Below are positions 24,500-37,210 of a stretch of DNA of 64,000 bases, piece after piece (within the stretch, counting starts at the first letter, position 1; each line of letters opens with the position of its first letter). The translations under genes were made by a program, and so were the position numbers. This stretch comes from Psammoneis japonica (taxonomy: Eukaryota): the NCBI GenBank assembly GCA_008632985.1, contig QPGO01000029.1, forward strand, positions 1-64,000. The letters run 5' to 3'. The notes below the pieces were generated by a model, which did no database searches, was not told where the DNA came from, and saw only the letters and a list, made by a program, of their open reading frames with translations.

Positions 24500-27229
24500 C
24501 AGAAATACCGTGAATCCATTCTCTGCACCGTATAATAAACATATGTATTTATATCCCGTCTTTTTGATGATTTTCATTTTGATTTACTCCAAATCGATTT
24601 TTTGTCGAATTGCTCAGAAAGTGCATCATTTCACTGCTCTGACGTTGCAAAAAAGCAAAGAAATGAGCCCTTTTGGATCGGGAAGACGTTGTGTGGTTGC
24701 AGTGCTGCACACATCCAGAGCCGCACTTGAAGAAGCAACCAAACAAGTTGCAATCGACCCGCATGTTTCACCGACAGGTTCTTGTTTCGTCATCCAGAAA
24801 AGTGGGCGGCAAACATGTGCATTTGTGCCCCGTCTTTTTGATGATTTTCATTTTGATTTACTTGCTCCAGAGTCGATTTTTGTCAAATTGCTCAGAAAGT
24901 GCATCATTTCACTGCTCTGACGTTGCAAAAACGCAAAGAAATGAACCCTTTTGGATCGGGAAGACGTGTTGTGTGGTTGCAGTGCTGCACACGTCCAGAG
25001 CCGCACTTGAAGAAGCAACCAAACAAGTTGCAATCGACCCGCATGTTTCACCCACAGGTTCTTGTTTCGTCATCCAGAAAAGTGGGCGGCAAACACATGC
25101 ATTTATGTCCCATCTTTTTGATGATTTTCATTTTGATTTACTCGCTCCAGAGTCGATTTTTGTCAAATTGCTCAGAAAGTGCATCATTTCACTGCTCTGA
25201 CGTTGCAAAAACGCAAAGAAATGAACCCTTTTGGATCGGGAAGACGCGTTGTGTGGTTGCAGTGCTGCACACGTCCAGAGCTGCACTTGAAGAAGCAACC
25301 AAACAAGTTGCAATCGACCCACATGTTTCGCCCACAGGTTCTTGTTTCGTCATCCAGAAAAGTGGGCGGCAAACACGCGCATTTGTGCCCCGTCTTTTTG
25401 ATGATTTTCATTTTGATTTGCTTGCTCCAGAGTCGATTTTTGTCAAGTTGCTCAGAAAGTGCATCATTTCACTGCTCTGACGTTGCAAAAACGCAAAGAA
25501 ATGAACCCTTTTGGATCGGGAAGACGCGTTGTGTGGTTGCAGTGCTGCACAGGTCCAGAGCCGCACTTGAAGAAGCAACCAAACAAGTTGCAATCGACCC
25601 ACATGTTTCGCCCACAGGTTCTTGTTTCGTCATCCAGAAAAGTGGGCGGCAAACATGTGCATTTGTGCCCCGTCTTTTTGATGATTTTCATTTTGATTTG
25701 CTTGCTCCAGAGTCGATTTTTGTCAAGTTGCTCAGAAAGTGCATCATTTCACTGCTCTGACGTTGCAAAAACGCAAAGAAATGAACCCTTTTGGATCGGG
25801 AAGACGCATTGTGTGGTTGCAGTGCTGCACAGGTCCAGAGCCGCACTTGAAGAAGCAACCAAACAAGTTGCAATCGACCCACATGTTTCGCCCACAGGTT
25901 CTTGTTTCGTCATCCAGAAAAGTGGGCGGTGCCTGGTGCTGCCTGGGCCAGCTCCTGCTGCAGCTCTGGCCTTCAGCGCAGCCACCGCCACTTGGAGATC
26001 ATCGCCCCCAATGAGCTTTTTCAGTCGCTTGCCATGGCAGGACCACCACGCCTGTCTTTGTTGCAGTGTTGATGGTGTGTGAAAGGCAGACAGTGCACAA
26101 AATTCTTCCAGCACCACTGTTGCCACAACAAGCACCTCACATCAAAGAAGAAGAGCCACCATCTGTGAGCAGGCACATTGTGCATTTTGCCAAGCAGGTG
26201 CTGGCAAGTTTCTCATCTTGTTTGGAGCCCCCTTTTTTGTTCCAGATGACAGAGGCAGGCAGCTAACATGGGGGGCAAAGTGCACAAAAAAAACTTTCTT
26301 TGGCGGTGACTTGTGCAGAAGAAGCAGAGCAGAGAGTTGCACCCTCCACAGCAAACTGGGGGGAGGCACTTCAAGGGGATGACACAAAGCATGAGGGTCA
26401 TCACAGCAGATGACCAATTGTCCTTGAGAGACCAAAGAAAACATTGTCAAAATGAGATCTGACATTTTGTGAAAAGTGGCCCCCCTGTCACATCCCCTTG
26501 TTGTCGTCATTGCGCACCAGCACTGCAGTGGTGGGTCATGCACAAAACTGCCCCTTGGCTGCGTTGTCATTGTCAGACAATGCAAAGCACACAAGGATCA
26601 CAGCAGATGACCAATCATCCTTGAGACTGAAGAAAATGTTGTCAATGAGATCCAACATTTTGTGAAAAGAGACCCCTTTCACATCCTCACCTTTGTTGTC
26701 GCCATTGTCAGTGCTGCTGTTGCTTGCATTGTTGTCATGGAATGCTGTGGCACAGCATCATTGTCACATTCTGTTACAGCAGTGATGGGATTTGCAATGA
26801 GGGCAACACTGTTTTCTGCATTCTGCCATCTCAAACAACAAACAATGAGTGGTGCCTGTTGGCTGTGAGTCCCAACTCAAAAGAGAGCCTTCCAATGACA
26901 GGGCAGTTCAAATCATCAACATCATGTTTGTTGATGGGGCAGTGCTCAGCTCGAAATGTGACATGGCATCACATCATTTTGTGCTGTTGACATCTGAGCC
27001 AATTGGGACGAAGAAGGAAGCAACCAAGCGCCGCTGGTGTCCATGCATCGCAGCATCTTTAAAAAGCTGCGAGTGCATCCAATGCGGCATCGGGATCTTC
27101 CTCCAATGGAGCCTAGAATGCCACTAATGCGTCATCAAAGAGTTTGGGTGAGGCATTGCACGTTGCACGGAAACTGCAAAATACACTCAACGGAAAAGAC
27201 CAGAGCAGCATTCCAGTGCCGTATTTCTG
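24500..27229. mobile_element. Putative non-autonomous or degenerate element containing the 280-bp array; TA-depleted interior
   Basis: Composition shift bounded by inverted CAGAAATAC (24500-24508) / GTATTTCTG (27221-27229); no TSD seen; internal direct repeat 26400-26512 / 26597-26707. Confidence 0.45.
24537..25929 (+). repeat. Tandem array of five ~280-bp units (starts 24537, 24811, 25091, 25371, 25651)
   Basis: Unit aaacaYRYGYatttRtRYccYRtctttttgatga...catccagaaaagtgggcgg repeated at 280-nt spacing (first unit 274 nt). Confidence 0.97.
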
Positions 27230-27405
27230 TGTCGTGTTCCAAAACACATTAAAGATCTACATGCGTTTACTGTGCTTGTGTTGGAATGATACTCGAAGTA
27301 GCTGTAGACTACAACAATGAACACGATTCGCCTTGTATTATTTCGTTGCTACTACTAGAAAATTGCAACTACGTCTCATTCGTTTGTTCATCGTATCACC
27401 TCTCC

Positions 27406-27888
27406 TCATGCAAAACTTCCAGTACTGCGTTCTGCGGCCTCCCTCGCACGATGCTGCATGACGGAGTGTTCAAATTTGCGTACAGCACGCTTTTCTCCCG
27501 TCCGGCAAATGGTACGTGCCAGAGCGGCACCTCGTACACCCCCAAGGACAGCACCCACCGGCCCTAGTACCAGTCCTCCCAACACAGCGCCGCCAACAGC
27601 AGCACCGGCCGTTCGGCGGCGACGTTGTTGCTTCATTTGACTCTTAAGGGGATGCTTCGGATTGATGGCGTCTATATGACTGTAAGGGACAAGTTCATTA
27701 TTTGATGAGACTGTAAGCGCAGTAGGAGAGTCGTGGTAGTAGTAATCAAAATCGGAGGCCGTCTGTGAGGCTTCGGGGCTGTAGTACCCTTGAGAGGCAG
27801 ATTCGGAAGCGGCGTAGGAAGTGTTGTAGCCTCGATCATCATGGTGTTCGACGATATAGTCGTAGGGAACGAGAGCCGTGGAAGTCAT
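27406..27888 (-). CDS. Small hypothetical protein with glycine-zipper motif
   Basis: RRRRTAGAAVGGAVLGGLVLGPVGAVLGGV; Tyr/Ser-rich N-terminus. Confidence 0.6.
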   Translation of the reverse strand: MTSTALVPYDYIVEHHDDRGYNTSYAASESASQGYYSPEASQTASDFDYYYHDSPTALTVSSNNELVPYSHIDAINPKHPLKSQMKQQRRRRTAGAAVGGAVLGGLVLGPVGAVLGGVRGAALARTICRTGEKRAVRKFEHSVMQHRAREAAERSTGSFA

Positions 27889-28631
27889 GGCTCCCGATAG
27901 ACAGGTAAATGAATAGGAAACACCTTCGTTCCTTCGCGCGAGGAGTCGAACGAAAGTGGGTGGGCGATGTTGGCGAGTTCGTTTTGCGGGCGAAAAAGAC
28001 TGCACAGGTTTCGTGATTCAGTCGTGCCGCGGCGGGCGGGCGCGGACGGGCGTGGCGGGCGCGCGGACCGCGAGTGGAAGCGCGACAGACTACGGTGCAT
28101 AAGTAACTGTAGCATGTTCGAGTAAGGTTACTAGAGCTACTACTAGAGCTAGCTAGAGGTTGGTTCTTGGTCAGTCACGCTGAGCATTCCAAGGCAGACT
28201 GCAAGAAGATCCTGGAATGAGCACTTTTTGTGCAGGTGGAGTCGCTGGTAACTCTCCAGCTTCGGAGACGGATTGCTGCTTTGCGCTTTCTTGTTTAATG
28301 TCCCAGTTCTGACTGACAGTGTGCCGCCAACGCCCACCAATAAGCTCTTACATGGCACCCCTTGTATACTAGTAGCATAGAATCGATGACGAGCTTGTCG
28401 CTATGTCTATCCATATTATTCTTGGTCTCGCGAAAATGGAGGGAATGATGTCCCATGCGCTGTGGCCCAAACCAGGATGCAGAACCACATTGTTCTTGTA
28501 ATCAAATCTATTCTTTGATACTTAAATGTGTACCGTATATAGCTTCCTCTTGATGACACTCACTCATACTCACCAAATCGAGCGATTTCCGACAAGAATG
28601 TACATAGCATGGGAAATGTACCATCCTACAA

Positions 28632-29237
28632 TTACATAGTCTCGGACGGTGGTTCTTCGGAATCACTATTGCTTTCTCCAGTGGCTTTGACTCTCTCTTC
28701 TTCAGCTTCCGTGAAAGTTTCTGTGTTTGCCTTGAATCTTTGCCCAACCATGTGCCAGAATTTGGGCCGGAGAAAGAAGAACGCACCATACTGTATGAGC
28801 ATGGTCAAAAGAGTGGCCATCCCTCCGATGATGTAGTAGCCATATCCTACGGCGGTTCCAATGGAAGCCACCACCCAGACCCCAGCAGCCGTGCCCAAGC
28901 CACGAGCTCCTCCAGTCGTTGAGTCTTTCATGATAGTAGCCGCTCCCAAGAATCCTACTCCAGAGACAATGCCCGCAGCAACTCGCGAAGGATCACCAGC
29001 CATAGTTGCAACCGTGTTCATAACGGACGTTCCGATAAAACAGGCGGCACCGGCACCCACCAACATGTGCATACGGACACAGGCGTTCGGGTTATTCATC
29101 TCGCGTTCAAATCCAATCATGGCTCCGAACGCGGCGGAGATGCAAATGCGAGCAACGAGCTCCCATTCACCCACGCTTCCGTCAAAAGTTCCTGTAACCA
29201 TCGAGGCGTTTGGATCGTCCCCACTCCCGTCGCTCAT
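28632..29237 (-). CDS. mgtC: MgtC/SapB family membrane protein (intronless)
   Basis: RICISAAFGAMIGFERE..ACVRMHMLVGAGAACF..DPSRVAAGIVSGVGFLGAATI..GLGTAAGVWVVASIGTAVGYG. Confidence 0.88.
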   Translation of the reverse strand: MSDGSGDDPNASMVTGTFDGSVGEWELVARICISAAFGAMIGFEREMNNPNACVRMHMLVGAGAACFIGTSVMNTVATMAGDPSRVAAGIVSGVGFLGAATIMKDSTTGGARGLGTAAGVWVVASIGTAVGYGYYIIGGMATLLTMLIQYGAFFFLRPKFWHMVGQRFKANTETFTEAEEERVKATGESNSDSEEPPSETM

Positions 29238-30238
29238 TCCATTGGTGTTATCCTGGGTCCTCTCAGAAGAACGAAAGGTACCGCAGCGTTGAGTGTCTGC
29301 TCACCTCGAAGAATGAACGATGAGCAAAAAATGAGAACACGAAAGCTGTCATGGGCGATGGACAGACGCAATCTGTTTTTGCGCGCGCGGCGGGCGCCCG
29401 CGACCCGCGACCGATCATGGAATAATCACCAAATCATTCAGATCGCATTGCTCGTACTAATGCCGTTCTTGTTTGTGCTGCTCCTGTGCTAATACCGCTT
29501 TGACACCTCTGTACTGTACCCGATACTTGAGATTACAATAACTAAATAATTAATGTTTGCTTGCTTGAGAAAGAGACAAGGCAATGGGAAAGGAAAGTCG
29601 CAACAAACGATGGACTTCGCGCTACCCAAAATGACATGTGTTTCCCGTACTTGTACAAGCAACGGAGCATGCTCATGCATATGGTGTACCAGAACTGCTT
29701 GGGCGGCAGGACGTGGAGGATCTCGTAATCAAGTCAAGAAGGACAAGCGAGAAGTATCTCCCATGAACAAGGCGCGTGCCGCATTCCTTGAACGCGTCAT
29801 GTTCCCAGAAGTGCCTCCACTACAGCTCCCATCAAAAGTATGGGGTATAGGATTTGCAGCTGAACAATGGACCATACTGCATACTCGCATTGGATAGGGC
29901 AAACTTTGAATTTGCGATGCATTCTTTGTCACATTGTTACTCTCTCAGTCAGAGAGCTGTAGCATGTAGCTGATGCTGCCTTCACTCTCAAGAGATCGAG
30001 GTGATGCTTTGATTGTCTGATTCGAATCAGAGAATACTGCTTGGCCTAGTGACACGTCACCCACCATTCATGCTTCGTGAATGCTAAGCTTCTGTTGGCC
30101 ACGTGCTACAAACGCCTGCCTCTGCTCTCCCGCATCTCTCAGGCAATCTAAATGCGTCGTTTAACTTCACACTGTAACCGACAAGAATTCAGATAGCATA
30201 TCCAACAAGCAAGAGTGTCTTTCGGTATTCCTTCAATC

Positions 30239-30805
30239 TCAATCAATAGTTCGAATCAAGTCTAATCGTTCGTCCAACTCCTTCACAAGTCGATCCACAT
30301 GCTTCTTATCCAATTCGCTTTCTATTTCCCGCCGAAACATTTTTCGTAGCTCCCTCATCGTAGTCAGCTTTGACGTCCTTGCGCAACCATTGACGGCAAT
30401 GATAGACAAACAAACTCTTCGATTCCCAATTTGGGTAACTAATGTAATGGCTGCTCGGATCATGGCGGAAAACTCTCGGGGTACACGAAGCATGGCCAAT
30501 CTCGAGCGAGAATCAAAAAATCGCACTTTTATGCATAAATATAAGTGCAGAAAAGAATGAGATGAGTGTCATTGAAAGGAGTCAACATGCAAGCTCTCGA
30601 TGAAAAAATTACCTTGAATGTCTTGAGCTGCTCCGCTGGATGCCACTCCGAAATTCAACAACAGGCTGCCCTGAACACATTTGAAAACATCTTTGGTCGT
30701 TAAAGCATCCACTCGATCGTCACGCGCCAATCTCTGTGGCTGTTTTACGAGATCTGGTGTGAAATCAAGACGGACCATCAGCCAACGCGTCTTGTGCCGA
30801 ACCAT
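30239..30805 (-). CDS. POP5: RNase P/MRP subunit Pop5/Rpp14; intron 30526-30612
   Basis: MVRHKTRWLMVRL...LNFG...VRFFD...AMLRVPRE...IRAAITLVTQI..VCLSIIAVNGCAR. Confidence 0.8.
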
Positions 30806-31199
30806 TTTGTGAAATCGGACTTTGAAAAAAGAGTAGAGACGAAGTGATCTGAGGGTTGCTTTGTCCTTCTTGCTTTCACCAGTCAGCTAAATTTAAAAGA
30901 ATGATGATGTGACACCCACGATGCTTTTTACGGAGATTTGGAGTGTCTTCGCTTTCCAGAGCATTCGTTTGAAGTTGAGTTCATTCATTAGACCCTCCTG
31001 TAGGGCCCTAGACTGACTTCATCACCGATCATTGTCATCATTGTCGCTTATTCCTTCCGCAGGCCGCGGGCCGCGGACAAAGTACAGACGGGAATTCACT
31101 TTTAACTTGCTCGCTTGCTTGCTTGGCTTGTTGCTTGTTGCTTGTTGCCTTGCTTGCTTTGAACTCCTTCCTTTGGGGGGACGTTGGGCGAGCACTTAG

Positions 31200-32400
31200 A
31201 GCAGACGATAGCTGCAAACACCAATGAATGCACTTGCACACCATGGAAATTGTCAACTTGTCATGTTGCACTGCCTGGCTTCATGTGAAGAGTTCTCCCC
31301 AAGTCGTCCGGTGGCGGCTGGCTTCTTTGCACCACACATCATGGAACAACTGCTTGTGTTGTTGTTTCCATGTTTCTTCCTGCATGTTCAAACTTTTTTT
31401 CTGTTCCTGCCTCCTCTCTCTGCCAGCACCAGCACATGTTCGTCAATGCCATTCAACAATGTGGAGAAACTGTCGCACACAAAGCTCGGGCCTCCTTCTG
31501 AGGGCGGTCTCTCTCTCTCTCTCTCTCTCTCAGCAAGTGCCACACAGCAGCAGTGCTGCTGGGAGTCAAGAAGATGTGTGCATAGAGTGGCACCAGGTTT
31601 TGTCACTTCTTGTTTGTAACTTGCAACACTGGCGTGCACTCAACAAAAACGTTCACATGCTTCATTTTGTCCATGTCTGCTGTGTTGGTCCGTGTGCAGA
31701 CACGTGATGGCCAAGGAGCTGCTGCTCACTTGTGAGCACCAAATGCAGGAGTTAGCTCATTGGTCTTTGTGGTGATCATGATGTGCTCAGATTTTTCCTG
31801 AGAGTGGACTTGCAGCCAGATGAATTTGGCAAATGCAGGTGTGCGTTGCAGGCACACTGGTCAGTTGCAAAGGCAAATTGCGATGCTCTCTGGCACACTG
31901 TTCCTGCACACCAGACCTTTTAAATCATTTACAAATCAAAATCAAGATGAAATTGACAGGTCAGAAAAAAATGTTCGAGTTGGCAGGAGGCTGGTCAGTG
32001 CCAGAGGGAAAGAATGTCAGGGTGAACAGCCAGTGAACAGAGCCAGTGCTCAACCCTTGAGTTCCCAATGCTTGAACTTTTAGATCTACAGAATCTTTGG
32101 AATCACAAAGAAATTGACAGGTTAGAAAGAATTATTTGGGTCACAGTTGCAGGAGGCTGACCAAATCCAAGCGCCAGAGGGAAAGAATGTTGGAGAGTGA
32201 ACAGCCAGTGTGTCCTTGAGTTCCCCATCCTTGCCTGGACAAGAAAGACAATCAGCTCCAAAGCCCTCGGCACACTGCACTCTCAGGTTGTCGCAACATG
32301 ATCAGTGGCTTGGCGGTTGGGGCAAAGAAGTCTCGAGCATTGGCACACTGAAAGCAGACAAGAAGGGGCTGTTTGGTCAGATCCCACACGCGCCTGCAAA
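31200..32400. repeat. TA/CG-depleted degenerate repeat island with (CT)n microsatellite (~31509-31531) and internal duplicate ~31948-32075 / ~32110-32232
   Basis: TG/CA-rich, Tyr-poor ORFs in all frames; duplicated gaaattgacaggtYagaaa...gccagagggaaagaatgt...gtgaacagccagtg. Confidence 0.6.
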
Positions 32401-33449
32401 TCGCTCCAAAGGATACACTATGTTTGCGGTGGGGAAGAATGTCACCAGTTTGATCTTTTGAACTTATGAAACAATTGCAGCTTCGACGCAGCTTGATTTG
32501 AGAGCTTCTTAAGTCTCGACAAAAGAAAGGGCACCCTGCTCAAGTGTTGGGCGTCGGCGCGTCCATGGTAAATTTCTGGATGGAGGGCGCCTAGGAAGAA
32601 GCGCTCCAACATGCTGTAGATGCAAAAAGGCGGTGTCTGGCAGAAGCGTTACGGTGTTCGCAAGGTAACATCTGATGGAGACTTGCTTAGCTGTTTCTTT
32701 TCTACTTGTCTTCTTGCCTCTTGCTCTTGCGTGGTGTGGTTCGTGGTCGCGTGTTAGTGGTCGCGTTTTTGTGTTTTAAGTCGTGATTACGAGGTGAAGT
32801 ACGAGGAACGATGCCTGAGGAAATGGTCACCTACTCTTGATCACTTCACTACCGTCGTCTTTTTGATGGAAGACGACAAATGCGTGTGCCAACCAACGCA
32901 TCTTAGTGTTTTCCGCAGAAACCGGCGAATTGATTCACTACTTGTGCTCTGGCTCGACCTACATTGAAACTGCCTTAGACCATGATGGCCATACCATCAT
33001 CTTCTTGGACTGTGCCTCCTGATATGAATCACACAACAGGATTCAGTCGTTCGATGTTCGAAATGCCGAAACGTCCTGGAGCAAGGACATTATAAAATTG
33101 TTTTTGAAAATCTTTCTGCAATTTGTAACAAACGCCGTCTACCTAAAGAACGAACACTTTTGAGTGTGTCGTCGTCGAATTGGTGTTTGCACTCTAATAT
33201 CGTGATGCACGCAGGGATGCATAGAGATAGTTGTTATGCGTGGAGATTCGTACAAGCCGATGGGAGCAATAGTAGCTATTCGCACGAAGTAATACTCTAC
33301 TCACATCACCCTACGTTTCTGTTCGAGGATTGCTTGTATAGGTGAAATTAACAATCTGTACTGTAGTTGAGGACTGCTTGTACGTGAATTTAAAAAGCTG
33401 TAGTTGAGAAAGCACACCCCGCAAGAGGTCGGACCAGCTAAAATCCAGT

Positions 33450-36400
33450 CTAACCTTTCCGTTTAGATAAACGCCACGAATCCTTAGGATTAAACCGATC
33501 AAAGAGGGGCTCAATCTTTTCTCTCTTCTTCGCTCTAGTCATCTTGTTTGGATCGGCAGATTTGTAGAACGCCGGTGCGAGTTCAATCAACCACTTTGCA
33601 TCAATAACCATAACGTTCCTCATGTACTCTTTTGTGGTCAACACGAGCTCGTGGTAGATGACCCACTCGGGATTCTTGTTGAACAAGGCTGACGATGGAT
33701 GGATATAAACGGGGTTTTGGTCTACCAAGGTGCGATATCCTTCTTGCGGATCCTTTTTGGCTGCATGAGTAAAGAATCCAGCAGTGATTGCTCTACAGAT
33801 CTTCTTGTAGTTCTTTCCCGCACTCACCAAATCCAGCTTGTACCTATCCATAATGGTAACAAGCTGCTTTCGCACATCTTGTGCGCGTCTCATGCTCCTC
33901 GCTTGGACGAAATTCTCAAAACACCATGGGTTGCTAAACTTTGCTGCTTCCCACCCTTTGTATACCTGAAGTAGTGTGATGTGATCACCCTCCGCCTGAT
34001 TAAACTTGGCCTTCTTCATATCTGCTTGTGCTTGCTTATCTTTTGGTCGAAAGAAGGGGTTCTCCACACTAAGCAGCGCAGTAATGGTGAGTATCTCGTC
34101 CGAGCAGCCGAGATCAACCGACAGGATAAGCATCTTTGATAGATTGGGATCCAGTGGAAACTCCGCCATCTTTCGACCAAGACGCGTCAGGAGACCCTCA
34201 TCGTCAAGTGCTCCGAGGGCATGTAAGGACTCCATCGCACCAACTAAGGTGGCGACAGGGGGCGGGTCCATGAAGTCGAAACCAAGCAAATCGTTAATCC
34301 CCATGGCCTTTAGCTGCAGCACAACGTTCCCAAGGTTGGTTCTCTGGATTTCGGGTATATTAGTTGGCAACATTTCAGTCTTGTACGCAGCCTCTGTGTA
34401 CAGCCGGTAAGCCTTTCCTGGTCCTGTACGGCCAGCACGACCGGCTCTTTGTCTAGCGGACGCTTGCGAGATAGGAGTGACGACAAGGGAATCCATACCA
34501 AGCTTTGCATTGAAAGCCTTCTGTTTGGAGAACCCCGGATCGACAACGTAGTAGATACCATCAATGGTAAGAGACGCTTCCGCAATGTTTGTAGCCACAA
34601 TGCATTTTCGTGCTCCTTCTGGTGCGGGCTCAAATATACGAGACTGCATCTCTGACGGCAATGCAGAGTAAACTGGCAAGACAATTAATTCAGGTGCCAA
34701 GTCTCCCAATGCCTGCATTCGTGTATACAGTGTTTCACAGCACGTGTCGATTTCTTCTTGACCAGTCAGAAACACCAGAATATCACCTGCAGGTTCCGAC
34801 AAGTGGATCTGCATTACAGTTATCAGCGCTGCATCCATATAGTCACTCTCTGGTTCCTTCGTGTAGAGGATTTCGACAGGGAATGTCCTTCCTGGAATTG
34901 TAAAGATGGGACATTGAAAGAAGTAGGTTGAAAACTTCTCGGCATCCAGTGTCGCACTCGTCACAATAATTTTGAGGTCCGGTCGTCGACGACAAAGATC
35001 CTTGAGCAAGCCAAAGAGAACATCTGTGTGGATAGTACGCTCGTGCGCCTCGTCGAGCATTAATGCCGAGTATCGACCAAGATCATTGTCGGCCAAATAC
35101 TCTCTCATGAGCATACCATCCGTCATGTATTTGATAATTGTCTCTTTAGAAGTCACGTCTTCGAAACGGATCGAATACCCCACCTGTTCTCCCAGTGAAC
35201 AACCGTACTCCTCGGCAACTCTCTTGGCGACACTCACGGCGGCTACTCGACGAGGTTGAGTGCAACCAATCATTCCTTTCTTTGCGAGTCCCAATTCAAC
35301 CATGTACTGAGTCATTTGGGTAGTTTCTAAAAGTAACAAAGCAAAACAAGCATGATAGTTAGCTTTCGGTAGTGCGCGACAGAACGACGACATTATCCAC
35401 ACACATCGGACTTACTTCCACTTCCTGTTTCACCAATGACAACTAGAACTTGATTGGTAGCAATGGCACCAAGGAGCTCCTTCTTCAGCCTGTATATTGG
35501 GAGACCTTCTCGTTGTTCCTTGATACTCTTGTTTGAAATGATACCGTACGAAAGAGTTTTACTTTCTGCCTTTTGCTTCCACTCGGGTGCCCCGTCAAAC
35601 GAGCTCATGTTGATGCTTCGCAACTCTTGAGCAAAATGCCTCTCCCCCGCTTCGGGAAGGGGGTCCTCCCACGGTCGCGACAAATCCTTTGGAATCGAGT
35701 CAATGAGCTGCGTCGCTTGGGCTTGACGTAGCTCGCGACGTTCCTTAGCAAGAGTCGACTGCTGCATGGCTGCTCTCTGTAGCGAGCCATCTGGATTCTT
35801 GACAATTTTGATGGGACTCAAGTCTCTGCCACTTCTACGAGTTTGACCCTTGAGAAAGGCAGGCTCGACTTCGGCCAATTCCACTTCCGTCTCTTCTTCG
35901 GTTTCCTCTACTGCCAACATACCCAAACCACCCTCTGCATCGTAAGTGGGATACTGTTCTACTGGAAGTACCCCCGATCGAATGAGTTGCTGTGCTTCGA
36001 AAAGTTCCTGTTCTGTCAGCTGCTTGGCTCGACGAACCGTCGTATTCGAACCCGATGCAGCCGCGGGTCCTTGTCCTCTGGAATATGCACGGTTCGCTTC
36101 CTCCTCGTCCTCTTGTCGTTTGAGTGCTGCCACATCCAGACCTGGGTGCACCACGGCAGCCGAGGACATGGCGCTTCCAGATCCACCGACATTGTCACGT
36201 CGCGAAATCCCCGAGTCCGATTCAGCTCGTGCGGCCGACCGATGAGGCATCAAATCTCGACCAGTCTCCTGATCCGCGTCTTTGGTACTCAAGATTAGTT
36301 TTTGATTGCTTGTCGAGATAACCTTGACCCATACGGTTTGACCGCGTTTAAATCCTGCATCAGAAGCTCGTTCCACTCGCGCTTTTGCTACATGGGAATT

Positions 36401-37210
36401 GTGGACCATCCCTTCCGTTTGGAACTGAGGCAAGTCCACCACCATGCCAAACTGCAATATCTTTTTGACAGTTCCCCGGTAAATTCCGTGCAGAGTTGGT
36501 CCAGACTCTTCGTTTGTGCGCATTCGCTTTGAAGCGGGATCGTCGCCAGCCTCCTTTTTCACCATCCACGCCGGAAGATTGGACACTCCCCTTCGCTGGC
36601 TTGTTTCGGTTGGAAGACGGCTAGATGGTTCCTCCTCTTTGGCACCCCAACGACTTTTTCGCTTCCTGTCATTTTCCACTTCTTGCTTGGAATGTTCGTA
36701 AAATTCTCCCTCTTCCAACTTTACAGAATGAGACAGATTCTTTACAGCCAATCCTGGAAAGCTCTGGCCCAACTCGGCTTTGCGCCCAGATGACTCAATG
36801 CTGCTCAAAAGCGGAGCCTCCTCATTGTCGCCAGATGATTTGACTTGCGCAAGCTTTTTCTGTCGCTTCTTTTCCAGACTTGCTTCCAATCGAGCCATGC
36901 GCGGACTCATGTCCAACACTAGATGCAGTATATGGGATACCACACTCAGCGGAATGTCGGCGGCACCATTCTCCGTCAAGGTTTTTCGCAACGACTGTGC
37001 AATTTCCACGTCCAAGTCACGCTTGCCACTCTTTAGAAAGGGCTTCAATTGTCCTTCGGCTAACGATATAACAAATTCGGCCAGAGTCTTGTCTTGAATT
37101 CCCAGGTGCTCTGCTAGCTCGGCGCTCACCTTGGTCACCAACGATAATGCCTCAAGTCGCTCGACTGCAGTCAGTGGTTTCGATTCTTTTTTCTTTGAGT
37201 CTTTTCCCAT
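33450..37210 (-). CDS. PRP22: Pre-mRNA splicing DEAH-box helicase PRP22/DHX8 with S1 domain; intron 35327-35415
   Basis: S1 domain ([18 protein letters not shown]), GETGSGKTTQ across the intron, [18 protein letters not shown]-terminal SWRLSKRKG. Confidence 0.97.

Noticed and set aside
24537..25929. Array as a CRISPR locus, or the repeated 190-aa ORFs as genes
   Set aside because: Units are full-length near-identical tandem copies with no unique spacers and no cas genes; the ORFs arise because TAA/TAG stops are absent.
28021..28085. GC-rich GGGC-repeat patch as a G-quadruplex or ncRNA
   Set aside because: Short promoter-proximal low-complexity stretch with no further support.
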